A stretch of DNA of 64,000 nucleotides. It comes from Chiloscyllium plagiosum. Taxonomy: Eukaryota. Below are positions 63,901 to 64,000 of the stretch, piece by piece. Numbering within the stretch: position 1 is the first letter of the stretch; every line of letters begins with the position of its first letter. The stretch is taken from contig NC_057719.1 of NCBI RefSeq assembly GCF_004010195.1, positions 57,637 through 121,636 on the forward strand, given 5' to 3'. The position numbers and the translations under genes were made by a program. The notes beneath the pieces were generated by a model that made no database searches, was not told the DNA's origin, and was given only the letters and a program-made list of their open reading frames with translations.

Positions 63901-64000
63901 TATATACCACATACAGGAAACTCAAACTGTGAGTTACCATCTCATTCACATACACACAATTCTCTCATATACTCTCACCTTGGTATCAGTGTATATGCTC
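6739..64000 (-). CDS. ATG2B: ATG2B (autophagy-related 2B), 3' part: 23 coding exons, 5' end outside the window
   Basis: Manually spliced exons (3,082 nt) form one open frame with GT-AG junctions. The C-terminus [13 protein letters not shown]...[41 protein letters not shown] resembles recalled vertebrate ATG2B more than ATG2A. FCIL (LIR) and YFS motifs are present. Confidence 0.95.
7080..7395 (+). mobile_element. tRNA-derived SINE family 2
   Basis: B-box-like GGTTCAAATCC, core gttcactaatgtcctttagggaagg...gactccagacc, tail gggcaataaatgctggcct. Other copies: ~12720-13003 (+), 15921-16237 (-), 29575-29910 (+), 62859-63200 (+). Confidence 0.75.
7640..7789 (-). CDS. ATG2B: ATG2B penultimate exon ([13 protein letters not shown]...[19 protein letters not shown])
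   Basis: gtcag acceptor, GAG|gtgaa donor, 150 nt. Confidence 0.95.
8300..9550 (+). mobile_element. Degraded CR1 LINE ORF2 fragments
   Basis: Translations [33 protein letters not shown]. Confidence 0.75.
9555..12160 (+). mobile_element. CR1 LINE 5' portion: 5' UTR, ORF1 (SGNH esterase-like) and ORF2 endonuclease
   Basis: ALVIGDSII (GDS block) in ORF1; [27 protein letters not shown] and GDSDHN APE-endonuclease motifs; frameshifted. Confidence 0.85.
13408..14615 (-). mobile_element. CR1/HER1-like LINE, 5'-truncated, relatively young
   Basis: RT motifs [26 protein letters not shown]; (TTCTATG)n tail; internal deletion near 13730; 143-bp tandem duplication. Confidence 0.9.
15633..15787 (-). CDS. 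ATG2B: ATG2B exon ([52 protein letters not shown])
   Basis: cttag acceptor, CAG|gtagc donor, 155 nt. Confidence 0.95.
16911..17032 (-). CDS. ATG2B: ATG2B exon ([40 protein letters not shown])
   Basis: tgcag acceptor, G|gtgag donor, 122 nt. Confidence 0.95.
17078..18412 (-). mobile_element. Penelope family A, 5'-truncated
   Basis: [12 protein letters not shown] and [12 protein letters not shown] motifs, GIY-YIG remnant, terminus with a mutated hammerhead (17137-17170). Confidence 0.88.
18714..19026 (-). mobile_element. HE1-like SINE, full length
   Basis: A box TGGCACAGTGG, B box GGTTCAATTCC, (TCTAA)n tail. Confidence 0.88.
19130..19212 (-). CDS. ATG2B: ATG2B exon ([28 protein letters not shown])
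   Basis: ttcag acceptor, GG|gtaag donor, 83 nt. Confidence 0.95.
19440..20160 (+). mobile_element. Old CR1-like LINE 3' fragment
   Basis: Degenerate RT C-terminal motifs and tail ggactgaatggcctccttctgtgct. Confidence 0.6.
20203..22640 (+). mobile_element. Nested cluster: DeuSINE/SacSINE1-like SINE (20203-20461 and 22506-22640) split by a CR1 (20462-20725 and 22132-22505), itself split by younger CR1 pieces (20726-22131)
   Basis: Outer halves rejoin by motif continuity; the inner piece has a 253-aa open RT C-terminal frame (21208-21969) and a (TTCTATG)n tail. Confidence 0.75.
23112..23181 (-). CDS. ATG2B: ATG2B exon ([23 protein letters not shown])
   Basis: ttcag acceptor, CAA|gtaag donor, 70 nt. 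Confidence 0.95.
23270..24890. mobile_element. CR1-like fragments (23270-23640 +; 23867-24890 -)
   Basis: Degenerate RT C-terminus and CR1 3' tail motifs. Confidence 0.65.
25070..27090 (+). mobile_element. Degraded CR1 LINE ORF2 with 3' tail
   Basis: [34 protein letters not shown] motifs. Confidence 0.85.
27154..27349 (-). CDS. ATG2B: ATG2B exon (VRKTPGTD...[10 protein letters not shown])
   Basis: cccag acceptor, CG|gtaag donor, 196 nt. Confidence 0.91.
28608..28692 (-). CDS. ATG2B: ATG2B exon ([28 protein letters not shown])
   Basis: tttag acceptor, G|gtgag donor, 85 nt. Confidence 0.93.
29310..29411 (-). CDS. ATG2B: ATG2B exon ([34 protein letters not shown])
   Basis: ttcag acceptor, CAG|gttag donor, 102 nt. 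Confidence 0.94.
29940..30970 (+). mobile_element. CR1-like 3' fragments with an inverted family-2 LINE tail (~30305-30425)
   Basis: CR1 tails gggccgaaagccctgttcctgtgct and aatggcctattcctactcct. Confidence 0.6.
31346..33669 (+). mobile_element. Penelope family A insertion: inverted terminus (31346-31495), RT and GIY-YIG body, terminus; interrupted by a CR1
   Basis: [26 protein letters not shown] and [15 protein letters not shown] motifs, YIGET...REHL...VAEHFN GIY-YIG; flanking aaggat(c/a)tcaga at 31334-31345 and 33670-33681. Confidence 0.9.
32914..33284 (-). mobile_element. CR1 fragment inserted into the Penelope GIY-YIG end
   Basis: (TTCTATG) tail, RT C-terminal translation, 6-bp TSD cctcat at 32908-32913 and 33285-33290. 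Confidence 0.85.
34597..34791 (-). CDS. ATG2B: ATG2B exon (VKFQHEVYP...[41 protein letters not shown])
   Basis: aaaag acceptor, ATG|gtgag donor, 195 nt. Confidence 0.95.
35178..35858. mobile_element. Solo LTR (Gypsy-like), 681 bp
   Basis: Starts TGCGATG, ends CATAACA (imperfect inverted termini, TG...CA); 4-bp TSD ccta at 35174-35177 and 35859-35862. Confidence 0.65.
36188..36600 (+). mobile_element. DeuSINE/SacSINE1-like SINE, old
   Basis: tRNA-like head tggctcagtggtagca; core ctttcagatgagg...ctcaggagaatgtaaaag...tatttatccctca; tail gtttcctacattacaa. Confidence 0.6.
36897..37029 (-). CDS. ATG2B: ATG2B exon (PKSASSS...[17 protein letters not shown])
   Basis: tgtag acceptor, AAG|gtaga donor, 133 nt. 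Confidence 0.92.
38660..38886 (-). CDS. ATG2B: ATG2B exon (RETEPVVRM...DDYFSQP...[11 protein letters not shown]...KSIT)
   Basis: ggcag acceptor, AC|gtatg donor, 227 nt. Confidence 0.93.
38925..39207 (+). mobile_element. Family-2 CR1-group LINE 3' end
   Basis: gacttggaaatatatcgcc...ccttctcaagggcaactaag...gccagcaacacccatg; also at 41110-41575 and 63290-63510. Confidence 0.7.
39721..39929 (-). CDS. ATG2B: ATG2B exon (GIYDD...[11 protein letters not shown]...[14 protein letters not shown]), contains LIR
   Basis: tttag acceptor, ATG|gtaag donor, 209 nt. Confidence 0.93.
40418..40568 (-). CDS. ATG2B: ATG2B exon (AGSGDS...[14 protein letters not shown]...HSN)
   Basis: ctcag acceptor (phase 0), G|gtgag donor, 151 nt. 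Confidence 0.88.
41783..41947 (-). CDS. ATG2B: ATG2B exon ([37 protein letters not shown]...)
   Basis: ttcag acceptor, AGG|gtaat donor, 165 nt, conserved ATG2 motif [15 protein letters not shown]. Confidence 0.94.
42042..42118 (-). CDS. ATG2B: ATG2B exon ([26 protein letters not shown])
   Basis: tccag acceptor, AGG|gtgag donor, 77 nt. Confidence 0.92.
42255..43505 (+). mobile_element. CR1-like LINE RT fragment interrupted by an HE1-like SINE
   Basis: RT C-terminal sequence resumes on both sides of the SINE; 3' tail ccaaatggcct...tatggtctta. Confidence 0.8.
42732..43029 (+). mobile_element. HE1-like SINE, full length
   Basis: A box 42735-42745, B box 42779-42789, (TCTAA)n tail. Confidence 0.88.
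43629..43699 (-). CDS. ATG2B: ATG2B exon ([23 protein letters not shown])
   Basis: tccag acceptor, G|gtgag donor, 71 nt, after an 86-nt intron. Confidence 0.93.
43786..43878 (-). CDS. ATG2B: ATG2B exon ([31 protein letters not shown])
   Basis: ttcag acceptor, AG|gtaat donor, 93 nt. Confidence 0.93.
44190..44296 (-). mobile_element. Mini Penelope-derived insertion consisting almost only of the hammerhead-bearing terminus
   Basis: 12-bp TSD ttgctgaggcag at 44178-44189 and 44297-44308; intact CTGAAGA-AGGGCTTATGCCC-GAAAC-GTC. Confidence 0.85.
44593..44706 (+). repeat. Degenerate ~67-bp tandem repeat, resuming at ~46385-46460
   Basis: Unit gagctttactctgtatctaacc...gagtgtttgatggggacagtgta seen about 1.7 times here and again after the CR1/PLE block. 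Confidence 0.6.
44707..45875 (+). mobile_element. CR1 LINE RT 3' part
   Basis: [39 protein letters not shown]. Confidence 0.9.
45878..46367 (+). mobile_element. Penelope family A-related GIY-YIG and terminus with an intact hammerhead (46237-46273)
   Basis: [21 protein letters not shown] translation; CTGATGA at 46241, GAAAC at 46261, GTC at 46266-46268. Confidence 0.88.
46237..46273 (+). ncRNA. Minimal type I hammerhead ribozyme motif (PLE family A)
   Basis: attc-CTGATGA-A-GGGCttttGCCC-GAAAC-GTC-gatt. Confidence 0.75.
46531..46637 (-). CDS. ATG2B: ATG2B exon ([15 protein letters not shown]...[13 protein letters not shown])
   Basis: tacag acceptor, AG|gtaaa donor, 107 nt. Confidence 0.93.
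48052..48132 (-). CDS. ATG2B: ATG2B exon ([27 protein letters not shown])
   Basis: ttcag acceptor, CAG|gttag donor, 81 nt. Confidence 0.93.
48304..48509 (-). CDS. ATG2B: ATG2B exon ([15 protein letters not shown]...[18 protein letters not shown])
   Basis: tgcag acceptor, AAG|gtaac donor, 206 nt, open frame, phases fit both neighbours. Not in the ORF track. Confidence 0.9.
48553..49099 (-). mobile_element. Older CR1 3' fragment carrying a small PLE-like terminal insertion (~48730-48850)
   Basis: CR1 tail cccttcggtccaactc; insert gctggaagaacatagcaaggcaagcagcatc. Confidence 0.65.
49100..52282 (-). mobile_element. Long CR1/HER1-like LINE: ORF1 esterase end, endonuclease, RT, 3' tail
   Basis: VTNDIG and VVISGLL (ORF1); [18 protein letters not shown] (endonuclease); NYRPVSLTS (RT region); (TTCTAT) tail; frameshifted. 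Confidence 0.92.
52285..52740 (-). mobile_element. CR1 RT fragment with a ~65-bp PLE-terminus insertion (52315-52382)
   Basis: RT motifs; degraded direct repeat atgacaatccaaact / atgacatcccaact around the insert. Confidence 0.7.
52937..54371. mobile_element. Fold-back Penelope family A insertion (left arm -, right arm +)
   Basis: GIY-YIG on both arms; hammerheads at 53031-53068 (-) and 54331-54368 (+); perfect 14-bp TSD gaagaataccccat at 52923-52936 and 54372-54385. Confidence 0.92.
54407..54763 (+). mobile_element. Tx1/L1-like LINE 3' end
   Basis: [27 protein letters not shown] resembles recalled Tx1-type ORF2 C-termini; ends atgaataaagtatattttt. Confidence 0.6.
54965..55428 (-). mobile_element. 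Penelope family B 3' part with an intact hammerhead (55004-55043)
   Basis: [10 protein letters not shown]...[15 protein letters not shown] endonuclease tail; homologous to 950-1160. Confidence 0.85.
55004..55043 (-). ncRNA. Minimal type I hammerhead ribozyme motif (PLE family B)
   Basis: GCA-CTGAGGA-T-GTCACCTagacAGGGGAC-GAAAC-GTC-TGC: stem I GCA/TGC, stem II, conserved core, GUC triplet. Confidence 0.75.
56948..57304 (+). mobile_element. Rex1/Babar-like LINE 3' fragment
   Basis: ataatcaaagacccttcccacc...aagaacagcttcttccc (IIKDPSHL...NSFFP-like); (AATCA)n-like tail. Confidence 0.55.
57420..58058 (+). mobile_element. CR1 LINE 3' fragment
   Basis: RT C-terminus and tail ccgaagggtctgtttccatgctgtacatctctataactctatg. 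Confidence 0.85.
58216..58366 (-). CDS. ATG2B: ATG2B exon ([21 protein letters not shown]...FLCHQ)
   Basis: tgcag acceptor, G|gtatg donor, 151 nt, KHGEFWLE motif. Confidence 0.93.
58905..62360 (+). mobile_element. Long degraded CR1 LINE (ORF1 through RT), interrupted by a SINE
   Basis: [23 protein letters not shown] (ORF1); YFNARG and IAETW-like (endonuclease); [10 protein letters not shown] and RFTRML (RT). Confidence 0.85.
60517..60750 (+). mobile_element. 5'-truncated HE1-like SINE
   Basis: Matches 42790-43029; taatctaat tail. Confidence 0.85.
62380..63630 (-). mobile_element. CR1-like RT fragment interrupted by a family-2 SINE (62859-63200, +) and a family-2 LINE tail (63290-63510, +)
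   Basis: Reverse-complement similarity to 42300-42720 continues across both inserts. Confidence 0.7.
63979..64000 (-). CDS. ATG2B: ATG2B exon, partial (...SIYTDTK)
   Basis: AAG|gtgag donor, phase 0 matches the next exon; peptide resembles human AVFTDVK. Only 22 nt visible. Confidence 0.75.

Noticed and set aside
1..64000. CRISPR array or prokaryotic system
   Set aside because: Sequence is spliceosomal-intron vertebrate DNA; repeats are dispersed retroelements, not repeat-spacer arrays.

Overview
Vertebrate genomic DNA, most likely a shark (inferred from HE1-like SINEs, CR1/HER1-like LINEs and the Penelope families present). It has three N-gaps (1704-1980, 47494-47993, 53138-53170). The only host gene is the 3' half of ATG2B (autophagy lipid-transfer protein) on the minus strand. 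I traced 23 coding exons by hand, from a partial exon at the right window edge (63979-64000) to the stop at 6739. All junctions are GT-AG and phase-consistent, giving one open frame of about 1,026 aa, followed by a repeat-free ~2.3 kb 3' UTR. Most intronic and intergenic sequence is retroelement-derived: CR1-type LINEs (some reaching the esterase ORF1), a second CR1-group LINE, Tx1-like and Rex1-like fragments, three tRNA-derived SINE families, a solo LTR, and two or three Penelope-like element (PLE) families. The most notable signal is about a dozen minimal type I hammerhead-ribozyme motifs (CTGANGA-stem II-GAAAC-GTH) in PLE termini. Three intact ones lie in the sense orientation of the ATG2B pre-mRNA. 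One is a 107-bp ribozyme-only insertion with a 12-bp target-site duplication (TSD), and several PLE insertions are fold-backs with 12-14 bp TSDs. Repeat family names come from recalled consensus motifs, not database searches, and repeat boundaries are approximate.
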